Shown in pieces: positions 26,395-40,341 of a stretch of 64,000 nt of DNA. Both the position numbers and the translations under genes were made by a program. The DNA lies in contig OZ024742.1 of NCBI GenBank assembly GCA_964016885.1, forward strand, positions 17,174,001-17,238,000, read 5' to 3'. The stretch is from Eledone cirrhosa (Eukaryota). Each line of letters starts with the position of its first letter. The first letter of the stretch is position 1. The notes under the pieces are model-generated. The model did not search any database. It was given only the letters and a program-made list of their open reading frames with translations, and was not told the DNA's origin.

Positions 26395-26534
26395 TATAAA
26401 GGTAAGCATCTCGATAAAACCATTACACATATTTGTTTAAGTTCTTAGTATTTTTACATAACACTGAATAATACTTTTGCTTTTATGAATGCATATGACT
26501 TATTGTATTTCATGTTTGTCACAGTTGGAAATGA

Positions 26535-26792
26535 AACCTAGTTGTAAGTGTATTGGACTTACAATCATAATGCTGTGGGTTCCATTCCTGGTCTGGGCTG
26601 TGTGAATAATTCATTTCACTTTGCTCCAGTATACTCAGCTGAAAATGTAGCTGGGGGTTTACCCCTACAATGGACTGGCGTCCTGTCCAGTGGATAATTT
26701 CTACTCTCGCTCGCTTGAGGCCACGAAACCGAGATAAGCACTGGCATGACGAGTCTCCTGGCTTGAGACAGATTTTAGACTAGATTTAGACT
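26535..26792 (+). mobile_element. Degenerate tRNA-derived V-SINE-like element
   Basis: tRNA-like head with gggttccattcc, tggactggcgtcctgtccag body, short tandem tail. Confidence 0.55.
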
Positions 26793-27114
26793 TCAATTTG
26801 GTCTTTAACACTTTTAGGGAAAATATGAACTTCAAAACCTTCCATAACCGTTTTAGTTTATTGTGTCTTCTGTATAGAAAATAGTCATTGGAATTTAAAT
26901 CGAGTTTGATTTAAGATACATCAGAGATGTGATACTCTCATTCCTCTTGAACATTTACATATTTCTAAGAACCTCCTATATTTACGTATGTATTGTAACG
27001 TCGTGATATTCAGCTGATTACATGTAAATGTGACTTGTAAATTGACAAGGAAGAGCTTACTTGCACCCCTTTCACCTGTCCCGGAATACATCTAGATCAA
27101 GTCATTAATAAATA

Positions 27115-27151
27115 CTAGCAGAAAACCACCCTTCGGGTGGTTTTCTGCTAG
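27115..27151. repeat. Perfect 17-bp-arm hairpin, possible Helitron 3' end
   Basis: ctagcagaaaaccaccc-ttc-gggtggttttctgctag. Confidence 0.6.
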
Positions 27152-28997
27152 CATGTGTAGTGTGCATATTGATATTATACGCAAGTATATATACATGTAG
27201 ATATGATACATCAAATAAAATCGTAATTGACAATATACACAGAAATCGAACGAAGTCTACGTTACACTGTCTTATGTAATCAGTAAAGAAATCCATGATA
27301 CATTAAAAAAAGACGATATTATATATAAACTGCATTAGGAGAAAATTAGCGACGGAAATATAAGAATGTTTATTTAAGCGATCGCTAACCAGAAGTGTTG
27401 ACATTTGAACATTTTAAAGAGGTGAATATTAAAATAAGGAACAACATTATTATATTTAATCAAGAATAACGAAATTTAGTAGATAAATTATGTAATATTC
27501 ATTCATTATTTATTCAAAGTAATCCAACATATTTTACAAAGGGGATAAAAAAATATATTCTGGACGTAGTCCCGCACCCCTTACTTTATTATAGTTTAGA
27601 TAAAGATTAGAGAAGCTTCATTTGACATTAAACAACAATTCATCGTTGAAACCTAGACACACTGATTGTTTTAGACGAAATACCAATGTACATAATTTCT
27701 TACATAAATACAAGGTCACAAAGATCCGCTAATGTGGTTAGTCAATTAAATCGGCCTCAGTACTGGACAAATATTTTATTTCATCGATGCTGGGATGATC
27801 AAAGTTGGACTCGGCGGGATTTGAATACAGATCGCCAATAGCCAATTTCTCCGAGGCTATAACGTTTCTACTACCATCCAATCCTCTGACCTTGTATCAA
27901 TAAACATAAGATTAATTCTCATAGCAATCAGTAAATATGCAAATTCTTGTATTAATCAATTATACGTATCCTAGAAAAAGAAATAAATATTTATAGAAAT
28001 AACTGCAAATAAGTAAAGCAAATAATAAGAAAAATTGTCCAGCTTGGCTCACTTATCTATCTAGATAATTCGTTCTAATCAAACTCCCGTTAACGATATC
28101 GACATTTACTAAATGACAACTGTCTCTCTACACAGTTTCGTGTTAAGGACGTTGCTAAGAAATTGCTATCTTAAGAGTCTATATCATAGCCAGCATCAAC
28201 AGGCTTCTTCTCTTTATAATTACATTGAAGGATAAAACCAACATATTGTAGAAAACACAATAATCAATATTCTTTTAAGAAATTAATAAGACATTTGTTA
28301 GCAATGTGGTAGTTGTTTAATGAAAGTATTTATTCCTCTTGTTTCTAATAATAAAACTTGTCACACTTTTTTCTGACTTAGGTTTTGGTGTTGTTTTTAG
28401 CTAATTTTGAAGTGCTGATTTTAAATATGGCACCCCTATTTTCCTAACACATTAGGTTTTCATGTTTGTCTTTCCCTCGGCTATCCCATAAACACAGGAA
28501 ACACAGATATTTTGTATATCCTATGTGTTGGTCATAAGAAAACTTGATGTGATAAAATCAAAGTATTGTCATTTTAAAACTCAGCGGCCCCAAAATACTG
28601 TGGAACATGTCTTAAACTTTGGTCACCAGAGAAAAGCAACATTTTGTCGACCAGTGTAATTGGAATGAAGTGTGTTTATTTTCTCGGGGAATACTAAATA
28701 ACATTATACCCTTTACTTCAATGAATCAATGCTTTCCTTTGATAATGAGATGTGGGTTATAGAGGTTTATATTATCACTTATGCTTCAGTGCCAATGCAG
28801 CTATTCATCAATATTAGGTCTCGATAATAGCGACTCCCATCAACCATTTGTGAGGGTTACACCTTATCATTCAATTAACATATGTAGATATTTTCTAATA
28901 CATATAAGGTGCCACTGACACGTGTTTCATCCATTTATACATCTCAATTGCTAACCTCCATGAGCTGCTATAGAAGTGACAGCTATACCTATTTTGA

Positions 28998-29060
28998 TTC
29001 TTCTTCTTCTTCTTCTTCTTCTTCTTCTTCTTCTTCTTCTTCTTCTTCTTCTTCTTCTTC
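28998..29060. repeat. (TTC)n microsatellite
   Basis: Direct reading. Confidence 0.95.
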
Positions 29061-29207
29061 ATCTTCTCCCTGAGAGGGTCGTGGGGGTCAAAGCCCTCTA
29101 ACACTCTTTCCAGCCAGTCCTGTCAGAAGAGGTACCCGTCTTCAACTAATGCAGCTGGGTTCCCAAGATTCTAGACGAAACAATGACATGTTAAATATTG
29201 TACCCTA

Positions 29208-29353
29208 AATAATGGTTTCTTATATAGGCACAAGGCCAGTAATTTGAAGGGGGAAGGGGAAAGGCGATTAAATCGACCCCATTGCGTGACTGGTACTTTA
29301 TTTTATCGGCCCTGTAAGGATGAAAGGCAAAGTTAACCTCGGTGGGATTTGAC
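29208..29353 (-). mobile_element. Family A-related SINE, 5'-truncated (longer subfamily)
   Basis: Core and tail are present, with an extra segment gggaaggggaaaggcgattaaatcgacccc. Confidence 0.75.
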
Positions 29354-29925
29354 ACCGCCCTAAATAATGGCAACGAAACTCAAACAATTCATTTCTTGTA
29401 TTTTTAAAATGTTAAACAAGTGATTATATTGATGTTAGGAAATACGTGTCTACTTAAATTCTTCAAATGTTCAAGGGGGTTTTTTCCAGAGCATCACTTG
29501 AACTTTCTTCGAATTAATTTTTTTTCTGTTTTCTTTTACCTGTATAACATGACTGTTATGATATTATTTTCGTTGTTTTGTGGATTAACGTAATGTTTTT
29601 CCTTTGCAGTATTCAATGATTAAGTTTGTCTATTTGAAGTTGACAAATCAATGAATATTTGGAAGCTACCATAGGTTATCTAACCTTCTTGATTGATTTT
29701 CAGCAATCGTCAAGATTATGACATTTTAACGCCTATAATTATTAAATAATTATAAAACAAAAGTTAAACCAAACAATGCGTGTGTTTTCAAGATCCAAAT
29801 GACCTATCTCAAAATATAACTATAAACATTATACAACATCAGTGGCTCCTGCAGTCTGGGGGTATAGTGCAAACTGCATGCACCAGAGCTGGAACTTGCC
29901 TGGTAGTAATATATTATTTATTGTT

Positions 29926-30116
29926 GCGGTGCATTGGCAGTATTGGTAGAGGGTCGGACGCCATGCTTTGACACATAGAGTTACGGCCCTTTCCATTCTG
30001 AATTCAAATCCCGCCGAGGTTAACTTTGCCTTTCATCCATACAGGGTCGATAAAACAAAGTACCAGTAATGCACTGGGTAATTGCTGGCCTTGTGGCAAA
30101 AGTAGAAACAATTATT
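29926..30116 (+). mobile_element. tRNA-derived SINE, family A
   Basis: A and B boxes, core, TSD ttatttattgttg. Confidence 0.9.
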
Positions 30117-30272
30117 TATTGTTGAAAGTCCAACCTCGGTTATGTTCTGGGTGTTAAATTCCTCACTTCTATTATCGTGGGTTACCTTTCCAGAGTCTTT
30201 ACAGACGTCTCCACAGTTGTTGGCTTCACCTCTCCTGCAACACCATACTTCATTTCTTTATGCCTTCCTTTG

Positions 30273-30428
30273 ATAATTGTTTCTACTTTTGGCACAAGGC
30301 CAGCAATTACCCAGTACATTACTGGTACTTTATTTTATCAACCCCGTAAGGATGAAAAGCAAAATTAACCTCAGCGGGATTTGAACTCAGATCGTAAAGG
30401 GACGTAACTCTATGATCACAATGCTGGA
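30273..30428 (-). mobile_element. SINE family A, 5'-truncated
   Basis: Tail, core and B box on the minus strand. Confidence 0.85.
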
Positions 30429-30942
30429 TTTCTTTGCTTTGAAACGCATCTTTGCGTTCACCCAGCCTGCAGGGAATTCTTACCCTTGACTTAGAAAGCA
30501 TAAAAGGCCACATTGACATGGGCGGCATCTAAATTCGGAGGGCTGTGAGCCGGTAAGTATATCAAATAGTACTCTATCCAGAGCTCTAAACACTTTCCCA
30601 TTTCCCACTTTAATCTATTCTGTCCGCCGAGACTACGGAGCGGCCAGCGCGTAGGTTGCCACTTACTTATAAAAGAGAGGGATGGAGTAGCGAGAGAGAC
30701 GGAGGTAGTGAGTGAAAGAGAGAGGTGGGGAGAGCGAGAGAGACGGAGGCAGTGAGGGAAAGAGAGAGATGGGGAGAGCGAGAGAGACGGAGGATGTGAC
30801 AATGGAAATTTGATTCCATTTATTTTTTCTTATCAATTATAAAAACAGAACAAAATAAGAGGAATATATTTAACTGCAGTTGGCAAAATGGTGGATTTTA
30901 TTCATTTATAATTTGAGGATAAATAATATTTTTTGGAAAATA

Positions 30943-31042
30943 GAGGGTGTCCCCAAAAATGAATACAAACTTCAACAGCATTCTAATAAATATTGCCTGT
31001 TCAGGTAATCAAAGTTTGTATACATTTTTGGGAGACACCCTG
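30943..31042. mobile_element. Tc1/mariner-type MITE, same family as 26332-26394
   Basis: TA-gagggtgtccccaaaaatg...catttttgggagacaccctg-TA. Confidence 0.7.
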
Positions 31043-31139
31043 TATTTCCTCTTTTTGTTCTACCTCTCTCCCCTGTCTCCCACTCTTTCTCCCTTTCACT
31101 CTCTCATTCTCTTTCTCTCTCTTGCTCTCTTTCTTACAA

Positions 31140-31179
<40 letters not shown>

Positions 31180-31439
31180 GCACACACGTACCATGTCTTT
31201 TTCAATATTGACTTGTTCACTTGTTACAGCATAGTTTAAAAAATATTTCGTAGCCAGTCTCTCTCTCTCTCTCTCTCTCTGTATATATATATATATATAT
31301 CACATAGTCATACAATCATCATTTCTCCCCACTGCCACCACCCCCTTTCTGTTTCACTGGCGCGCACACACACACACACATACTACACATACACACACAT
31401 ACACTTACCACACTCTTACAAGAATTACAGACTATTTAC

Positions 31440-32311
31440 ACCGCAGAAACACCACCTTATATTAGAGGAAATGTGAAAGCAGACGAATTAGCAAAAGAAG
31501 GAGCACAAAAGGAAATAATAGAGATAGACTACATCCCAAATCTTTCGCAGGTAAAATCATTTAGCAAACAAATAATCAAGGGTGGGAAACATTTTGGGAA
31601 GAATCCAGAGATAAGCTACAAATGTTAACACACCCACTACTTTATCAACCAGATTTGACAATATTCAAAACTTATCAATCATTGAATAATGCAAATAAAA
31701 AAAGACTATGCTGGCTTCGAACTGGACATTGAACTACATTCTATCAAGAACAGGTCGTAGAGATTCACTTCTATATTCTTGTGGTGACTCTCCAGAAACT
31801 CTTTGGCGCTATTTGTTCCAATGTAGAAACTATCAGTCTGAGAGAGAGGCCATGTTGAAACCAATCTTTAAAAAACTACCAAGATTCGAAGTTCAATATA
31901 TGATACAGGTCTACCAAATATAAACCAAATCTTTGAGCACGTGGAAGCTAGGAAAATATTCAACAAGAGAAACTTCTGTTCTACAGCTTCCCTTGTTTCC
32001 TATTTTTCTTTGTTTTGTTTTCTTATCCCTAACCTGCCTCTCACGGGCCTCCTTCAATATTAGAAATTGTATTTTTATTAATATTTGTCGCTTTTTCGTT
32101 TTATTTTGTTTTAGTTTTCTTTTCTTTTTTTTATTACTTGTCTCACTAACTCTTTTGATTACCATTGTAAGATGTACACGATAATTCCTCTAGTCTGTTA
32201 TGGCTTACTAGCTCTATACGGACGTTTAAAATTGAATAAATAAATAAATAAGTAAATGAATAAATAAAAAAAGTAATAAATAAGTAAATAAATAAATAAA
32301 TAAATAAATAT
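31440..32311 (+). mobile_element. 3' fragment of an I-group (RNase H-bearing) LINE
   Basis: GNVKADELAKEG (RNase H C-terminus), decayed CCHC knuckle (SCGDSPETLWRYLFQC), (TAAA)n tail at 32236-32311. Confidence 0.6.
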
Positions 32312-32622
32312 AACAGGGATATATAAAGCTGGTTGGTAGAAAGTGCTTCTTGTCACCAGGATACTGAATGTGAATTAACAGCTTTCAATATTAAACGCTA
32401 GAAGAGAACCAGTGGTGTATGAATATATATAATTGCTTCACGCCTTCACAATAACCTATACCATGTATGACATTTAGAAAGAATTTATTCCCTTTTTTTC
32501 TTCTATGTTATGCTTATGTCTATATACATACTGAAATGTACGTCATTTATTTAAATACATACACACACACATACACTCATGCATATATATATATAATATA
32601 TCACACACACGCACAAACACTC

Positions 32623-32690
<68 letters not shown>

Positions 32691-32706
32691 GCACAAACAC
32701 TCATGC

Positions 32707-32757
<51 letters not shown>

Positions 32758-32758
32758 C

Positions 32759-32810
<52 letters not shown>

Positions 32811-32918
32811 ATACATATATATATATGTATATAATATATATATGTATATATATAATTATGTATATATGTACATATATATATACAGACACACGTATACACG
32901 CACACACGCACATACACA

Positions 32919-32965
<47 letters not shown>

Positions 32966-33456
32966 GGGAGGGAGAGAGGGAGGGAGAGAATTATATAACT
33001 AGTATATATACTCCCATCTCTGCATCTAAGCATATACGCAGATATGTAACGTGTAGTGTATGTACGAATGTATATATATATGTGGGGGGGGGGGGGTACG
33101 TATATGTGCGTATTTGTGAGAAACAGTCTAAAACAAACTCGCTACTAATTTAGGTGTATTTCTAATAATACAAATATTTTTTAAAAAGGAAACAAAACAC
33201 AGCGACAGAGGCACTTAGGAAGCAATTATATGAAATATTATGAGATAACACCGCCATATTCCCCTACAGGAGATAAATGCAGGCTTACGTAAATGATTGA
33301 TATAGCTTATTAAAAGCTATAAATGCCCGATTAGCATATAGAGGAAAATGGTGATTGTGGGCTTTTATTTACTAATTATTTCTTCTATCACAGTCAGCAT
33401 CATAGTAGAACATTCTCGCCGAGGTGAATATATTTTAAGACTAGATTTGTAAACTA

Positions 33457-33672
33457 GGATCGATCGAATTTCGTCAAATCGAACCGAGGAAACAATGTTT
33501 TCGTCGGTCTTTCCAGTTGCTAATACTATCTATCGGTCGCAACTGCAGGTAGAAGGAGCAACGTAAAATAAAGTGTCTTGTTCAAGGACATAACGCATCG
33601 CCCGGTCCAGGAATAGAACTCACAACCTCAAGATTGTTAATCCAATTCTCTAACCACTCAGCCACACGGCTT
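33457..33672 (-). mobile_element. tRNA-derived SINE, family B
   Basis: Minus strand: gtggctgagtggttagag (A box), gagttctattcc (B box), tgtccttgaacaagacacttta. Confidence 0.8.
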
Positions 33673-33889
33673 CACTTTTTAACCTAGTTGTAGCAATTTT
33701 CACGATGACTTGGACACTGGTAGTTAACAACTGACATCATCGTTGCGGTATTTCTTCCGCTTTACTACAATTTTATTTCAAAACTTTACGAGATCGATTT
33801 TTATATATGTCCTTCCCGGCTCAATAAAATAAAGTACCATTCAAGTACGGGGGTCAGTTTAAACGAGATGTCTATCAAAGTACATAGAT

Positions 33890-34280
33890 ATAAAAGGGAG
33901 ACAAGAGAGAGATTATTCAAATTACAGAGGGATCTCCTTGTTAAGCCTCCCCCGGAAAGTCTATGCTAAGTGTCTGGCAAAGAGATGCAGGGAGATTGTC
34001 GAGTCGAAGCTAGCTGAGGAACAGTGTGGTTTCCGCTTTCGACGCAGCACAACCGGCCAAATATTCACACTGCGGCAGGTCTTCGAAAAATCTTGGGAGT
34101 ATTGCCAAGAGGGCTATTCTTGTTTTGTAGACCTCGAAAAGGCAAATGACCGCATTCCAGCCACCTATTATGAAAGATTCTGCGAGAGTATGGGATCGAT
34201 GATCAGCTTCTTGTTGCGCTGGTGTCTCTATACGAATGCCCGAGTATTCGTGTTCAGATAAATGGTATTAAATTGAAATG
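33890..34280 (+). mobile_element. RTE reverse transcriptase fragment
   Basis: NYRGISLLSLPRKVY..EEQCGFR..IFTLRQVFEK..CFVDLEKA. Confidence 0.85.
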
Positions 34281-35127
34281 TTCACTCCAGGCTTACATTA
34301 TATCCGAAGTGTTAGAGGGAATAAGATCTCCTTATCAGTCTCAATAGTTATGTCCCAGATATGTATTTAGAAGCAATACAATGTTTATTCCACAATGACA
34401 GTATCGGAATATTACCGTGTAAGTATGGCTGCTTACGCTTGTTCGGGGCAGCTGGAAATAAGGTAGTCAATTATTTCTTGTAGTGTTTCTTTTAAGGGGA
34501 GCTGATGTTACTATATTTTTAATCCTTTTATCTTTCTACTTTGGGGTTTACCCTGTGATCACGAGTATACACCACCCTCCCCCCGCTTTTTAAATTTTAC
34601 TTCTCTATCTCCGACGAAATTTTATTTTAAATGGTAGCATTCCTGCGTCAATTAATTTTCTTTATACATTAACAAACATTATATATGACAAAAAGAAAAT
34701 ATTACTATAAATCCCATACGTTATAAAATAAATAGGCTGGGTTGGGGGTCTCAATATGTAAACTAAACAACTAATTCTGGTTTTTAAATAATCAACAAAG
34801 TCAACTTAGAAAAGTTACCAATTTTCCACCCCAACCCCCATCCGGTTTATTCCAACTCCTCCGCGTACTCCACCCCCTGCTTATTCCACATCCGCTTATT
34901 CCATGCCCCCTATTATTTGGCACCCGAGAGCATTAATTAAGACATGGTGTATTTCAAGGTATAAATTCAAGATATGGTGCTCTCCTTCATCTAAAATGCT
35001 CAAAATTCAAGTCGTAGATGGATTAAACTCTAGGATTTAGATGCAGAAAATGATTTGAGGAAATCTTTGCCTAAGCAATTAAGGTGTATTTAAACTATAA
35101 TTATTAAATCTAGTATTAAATATAAAA

Positions 35128-35320
35128 GTCGGTGGATTGTCAGTATCGGTAGAGGGTCGGACGCCATGATTTGCAGCAAAGAGTTACGGCTCTTTATGGT
35201 CTGAGTTCAAATCCCGCCGAGGTTAACTTCGCCTTTCATCCTTACGGGGTCGATAAAATAAAGTACCAGTAATGCACTGGCATAATTGCTGGCCTTGTGC
35301 CAAAAGTAGAAACAATTATT
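35128..35320 (+). mobile_element. tRNA-derived SINE, family A
   Basis: A and B boxes, core. Flanking direct repeat aattattaaatctagtat (35099-35116 / 35314-35331). Confidence 0.9.
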
Positions 35321-35685
35321 AAATCTAGTATGGAATTGAAAGAGAAGTAGCTAGGAATAAAGTTTGAGGTCTTCCTTATCACCTAACTCCCCATACTTAT
35401 TCTAACTCGTCTGCTTATTCCCCCACCCCATGCTTATTCCACCACCGCCTCCTATTATTTGGGACCCGAGAGTAGGCATTACTCACATTTCAAAAATCAA
35501 ATATTTTAATCTACCTTTCGTCCAGATATTTTGAACCACATTGTGGCTTTTCATACAATTTCCCTTAATTTTCAACATGTCCTGCATGTCCTTGCTTGTT
35601 TTTTCCCCTATCTAGACCTATTTCCTTCAATCTAATTAGCGTTCAGTGTATACTTTTTTATTTCCCAATCTCTCTCTCTCTCTCT

Positions 35686-35938
<253 letters not shown>

Positions 35939-36184
35939 GTAATAATAATAAAATTGAAGACTAAAATCCAAAGAGGGCTCGATAAGGAAAATATATATCA
36001 AATATATAAGAACCGTAGAGCAAATATTTATTAAAATAACAGATTAAAGTTTAAGCAAAGAATCGCTGCTTTCACCCTTAACGGGATCTTCTGAAACTAA
36101 CAAAGTCAATCTGTAAACGCAGAACTGGATATTTCAAAAAACGTTGCAACCGGAGGAAGACAGGAAGACGATACTTTGGTTCGT

Positions 36185-36450
36185 GGTAACGTTCGCTGGC
36201 AAAGAACGGGGAAAAACGAGTTCTCTCCAGCGGTCTCTGTCCCTCATTATCGCTGCCATGTCCTGCGTCTCCAACAGACCAGTGTCTGTCCTTAGGACAT
36301 CAACATATGTTAACCTCGGTCTTCCTCTTCCAGTGTGTCCATGCAGGCGCTCCCACAGGAGCACTGAGTGCAGTGTCAACTCTGGATGTCGGTGAGCATG
36401 TCCAGCTAACCTCAGTCTCCTCTGTGTCACTCTCGAGCTGACTTTTGGGA
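36185..36450 (-). mobile_element. RTE 3' fragment
   Basis: QRRLRLAGHAHRHPE..LLW..GRGRP..DRDRWR. Confidence 0.8.
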
Positions 36451-36461
36451 TATATATATAT

Positions 36462-36492
<31 letters not shown>

Positions 36493-37208
36493 CTCCGTTT
36501 TTGCTTTACTTATTTTCCGATATTATACTAATCAATTTCCTGTTTCTATTCTACACATACTTGTCAATTATTAAAATAATCTCTCTTCCGTCAAATACTT
36601 ATAGCTGTTTCATATTTTTCTGAGTTCAAGCCTCGTTCAAATCGATTTTGTCTTTCATCTACCAGTGATCAATATAATTGAACGTCATTCAGCCGAAGTC
36701 TGTGGCCTTTTAACAAAATATTATTTTGGTTTCTGTTGTTGTCTAGCATAATCTGTTTCTGTTTTTAGTAGATGTAGACATTGAGCTTGTCAATCAGGTA
36801 CATTCTTTTGTCGGCTTTAGTATCCATGGTTATTCTGTCTTCATATTCGACATACTGCTCAGGGATATACTATTTTATTAAAAAGTAAACAAACAAGACG
36901 TGATCTTCATTGTGAAATAAAACATTGTTTGTTAAAAAGAGATTTAGTTGTTATATTGATCAAATCGAGTGAATATATAAAAGATGCTTCGTCAGCTTAA
37001 ACAAACGCATATGTCAGGGGAGAGTGAGACTGGTAGAAAGCCAGATTCGATACTGATTGACTTAATTTTGTATTTATTTGACTATATCTGATTTTCTCGG
37101 TTCAAAACCATAACCTGTTTTGATTTTACCTCACAGCCATTTCACGAAAATACTAACTAAAACCAACCGATATCAAATTAAGATACGAGATTCGTATTCT
37201 TATGTAGA

Positions 37209-39074
37209 CAGACCTTGTCAACTCTCCCCGTCCGACGGAGAATCTCCCACCCACTTTGGGGTGGGTGAAAGATGTCTTCTCTTGTGAAAAACTGTATAGC
37301 TTTCATTATGTAAAATCTCCCCATTTTGCCTCATTTCTTTCCGTTTTGAGGTATTTCTTCATGGTACTCCCCGTTTTGGGGTATTTCTTCATGGTACTCC
37401 CCGTTTTGGGGTATTACTTCATATTACTCCCCGTTTTGGGGTATTTCTTCATGGTACTCCCCGTTTTGGGGTATTTCTTCATGGTACTCCCCGTTTTGGG
37501 GTATTACTTCATATTACTCCCCGTTTTGGGGTATTTCTTCATGGTACTCCCCGTTTAGGCGTATTTCTTCATGGTACTCCCCGTTTAGGCGTATTTCTTC
37601 ATGGTACTCCCCGTTTTGGGGTATTACTTCATGGTACTCCCCGTTTTGGGGTATTTCTTCATGGTATTCCCCGTTTTAGGGTATTTCTTCATGGTACTCC
37701 ACGTTTTGGGGTATTTCTTCATGGTACTCCCCGTTTAGGCGTATTTCTTCATGGTACTCCCCGTTTTGGGGCATTACTTCATGGCACTCCCCGTTTTGGG
37801 GTATTACTTCATATTACTCCCCGTTTTGGGGTATTTCTTCATGGTACTCCCCGTTTTGGGGTATTTCTTCATGGTACTTCCCGTTTAGGCGTATTTCTTC
37901 ATGGTACTCCCCGTTTTGGGGTATTACTTCATGGTACTCCCCGTTTTGGGGTATTACTTCATGGCACTCCCCGTTTTGGGGTATTACTTCATGGTACTCC
38001 CCGTTTTGGGGTATTTCTTCATGGCACTCCCCGTTTTGGGGTATTTTTTCATGGTACTCTACGTTTTGGGCTATTTCTTCATGGTACTCCCCGTTTTGGG
38101 GTATTTCTTCATGGTACTCCCCGTTTTGGGGTATTACTTCATGGCACTCCCCGTTTTGGGGTATTTCTTCATGGTACTCTACGTTTTGGGGTATTTCTTC
38201 ATGGTACTCCCCGTTTTGGGGTATTTCTTCATGGTACTCCCCGTTTTGGGGTATTACTTCATGGCACTCCCCGTTTTGGGGTATTACTTCATGGTACTCC
38301 ACGTTTTGGGGTATTTCTTCATGGTACTCCCCGTTTTGGGGTATTTCTTCATGGTACTCCCCGTTTTGGGGTATTACTTCATGGCACTCCCCATTTTGGG
38401 GTATTACTTCATGGTACTCCACGTTTTGGGGTATTTCTTCATGGTACTCCCCGTTTTGGGGTATTACTTCATGTGACTCCACGTTTTGGGGTATTTCTTC
38501 ATGGTACTCCCCCTTTTGGGGTATTACTTCATGGTACTCCCCGTTTTGGGGTATTACTTCATGGTACTCCACGTTTTGGAGTATTTCTTCATGGTACTCC
38601 TCGTTTTGGGGTATTTCTTCATGGTACTCCCCGTTTTGGGGTATTTCTTCATGGTACTCCCCGTTTTGGGGTATTACTTCATGGTATTCCCCGTTTTGGG
38701 GTATTTCTTCATGGTACTCCACGTTTTGGGGTATTTCTTCATGGTACTCCCCGTTTTGGGGTATTACTTCATGGTATTCCCCGTTTTGGGGTATTTCTTC
38801 ATGGTACTCCACGTTTTTGGGTATTTCTTCATGGTACTCCCCGTTTTGGGGTATTTCTTCATGGTACTCCACCTTTTGGGGTATTTCTTCATGGTACTCC
38901 CCGTTTTGGGGTATTTCTTCATGGTATTCCCCCTTTTGGGGTATTTCTTCATGGTACTCCACGTTTTAGGGTATTTCTTCATGGTACTCCACGTTTTGGG
39001 GTATTTCTTCATAGTACTCCACGTTTTGGGGTATTTCTTCATGGTACTCTACGTTTTAGATGTTGCCAGGTCTC
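37209..39074. mobile_element. Non-autonomous hAT-like DNA transposon carrying an expanded minisatellite
   Basis: Imperfect TIRs cagaccttgtcaactct / agatgttgccaggtct. Flanks tatgtaga (37201-37208) / tctgtaga (39073-39080). Confidence 0.55.
37341..39058. repeat. 30-bp minisatellite, about 57 copies
   Basis: Unit ccgttttggggtatttcttcatggtactcc, in register throughout. Confidence 0.97.
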
Positions 39075-39374
39075 TGTAGATGTTTTCTCGCTTGAAAGAA
39101 AATTATCTTATTCATCCAACATTTTACACAATTGGAGGGATTATTTAACATAAACAGACGTATGGACTACATAAAAAAAAGGGACTACTTCTGCATGAAT
39201 AATACATAGTTATGTCAATTCTAACATGTTGTGAACCAAAACATTAAAATTAGATAAAATGACATCCACGGTAGAGATGAAAACAACTTAATAATTAATC
39301 CTGTTGAGGAAACACTTGGGTTACTTGCTTCACAGCAGTCTATACCCCCCTCTCTCTCTCTCTCACTCTCTCTT

Positions 39375-39432
<58 letters not shown>

Positions 39433-39601
39433 TGTCTGTCTGTCTGTCTGTCTAACTATCTATCTACCTATCTGACTATCTATCTATATCTCTCCTTCTC
39501 TCTCTCTGTCTTCTTCTCTCTGTCTCTTTCTCTCCCTCTCTCTCTCTATATCTTTATCTTCTGTCTATCTATCTATCTATTTATCATTATTAAAGATTTT
39601 A

Positions 39602-39795
39602 AGGGCGGTGGATAGGCAGTATCGGTAGAGGGTCGGACGCCATGCTTTGTAGCATAGTTACGTCCCTTTACGGACTGAGATCAAATCCCACCGAGGTTAA
39701 CTTTGCCTTTCATCCTTACGGGGGTCGATAAAATAAAGTACCAGTAATACACTTGATAATTGCTGGCCTTGTGCCAAAAAGTAATAACAATTATT
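39602..39795 (+). mobile_element. tRNA-derived SINE, family A
   Basis: agggcggtggataggcagtatcggtagagggtcggacgccatgct head, core, TSD attattaaagatttta (39586-39601 / 39790-39805). Confidence 0.9.
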
Positions 39796-40150
39796 AAAGA
39801 TTTTATGTAAACGCCCGCCGTCACGTCTTGTAATGCCTCATTTTGTACGCCCCTGTGGCAAATAAAGAAATATATCTTTTGTACTCCCTCTATCTATCTG
39901 TACGACTGTCTATCTATTAATGAAACGTTCTGTCTCTTATGCTCTCTCCCCTCACTCTCCCCCTCTCTCTCTTATTCTCCCTCTCTCTTCACATTGACAC
40001 CACACTATACAATACGTCTCAATAATGTAGATAAAATGACGTCAATAAACTAAATTAACCATCAAATAGTTGCAACATTTTGTATTTCTCTTTATTTTAT
40101 CAAATGCCGAGTCAAGAGAAATCTTTCTTATACAAGTTGTAGTTTATTTC

Positions 40151-40341
40151 AATAATTGTTTCTACTGTTGGCACAAGGCCAGCAAATTACCAGTACATTA
40201 CTGGTACTTTATTTTATCGACCCCGTAAGGATGAAAGGCAAAGTTAACCTCGGTGGGATTTGAACTCAGAATGGTAAAGGGTGCAACTCTATGCGTCAAA
40301 GCATGGCGTCCGACCCTCTACCGATATGCTAATCCACCGCC
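40151..40341 (-). mobile_element. tRNA-derived SINE, family A, anchoring the satellite
   Basis: Tail at 40151, core, B box at 40256-40267. The head at 40300-40341 is the first satellite monomer. Confidence 0.92.

Noticed and set aside
37814-39153. EYHEEIPQNG repeat protein
   Set aside because: The 30-bp minisatellite is open in several frames on both strands and has no unique termini or splice evidence.
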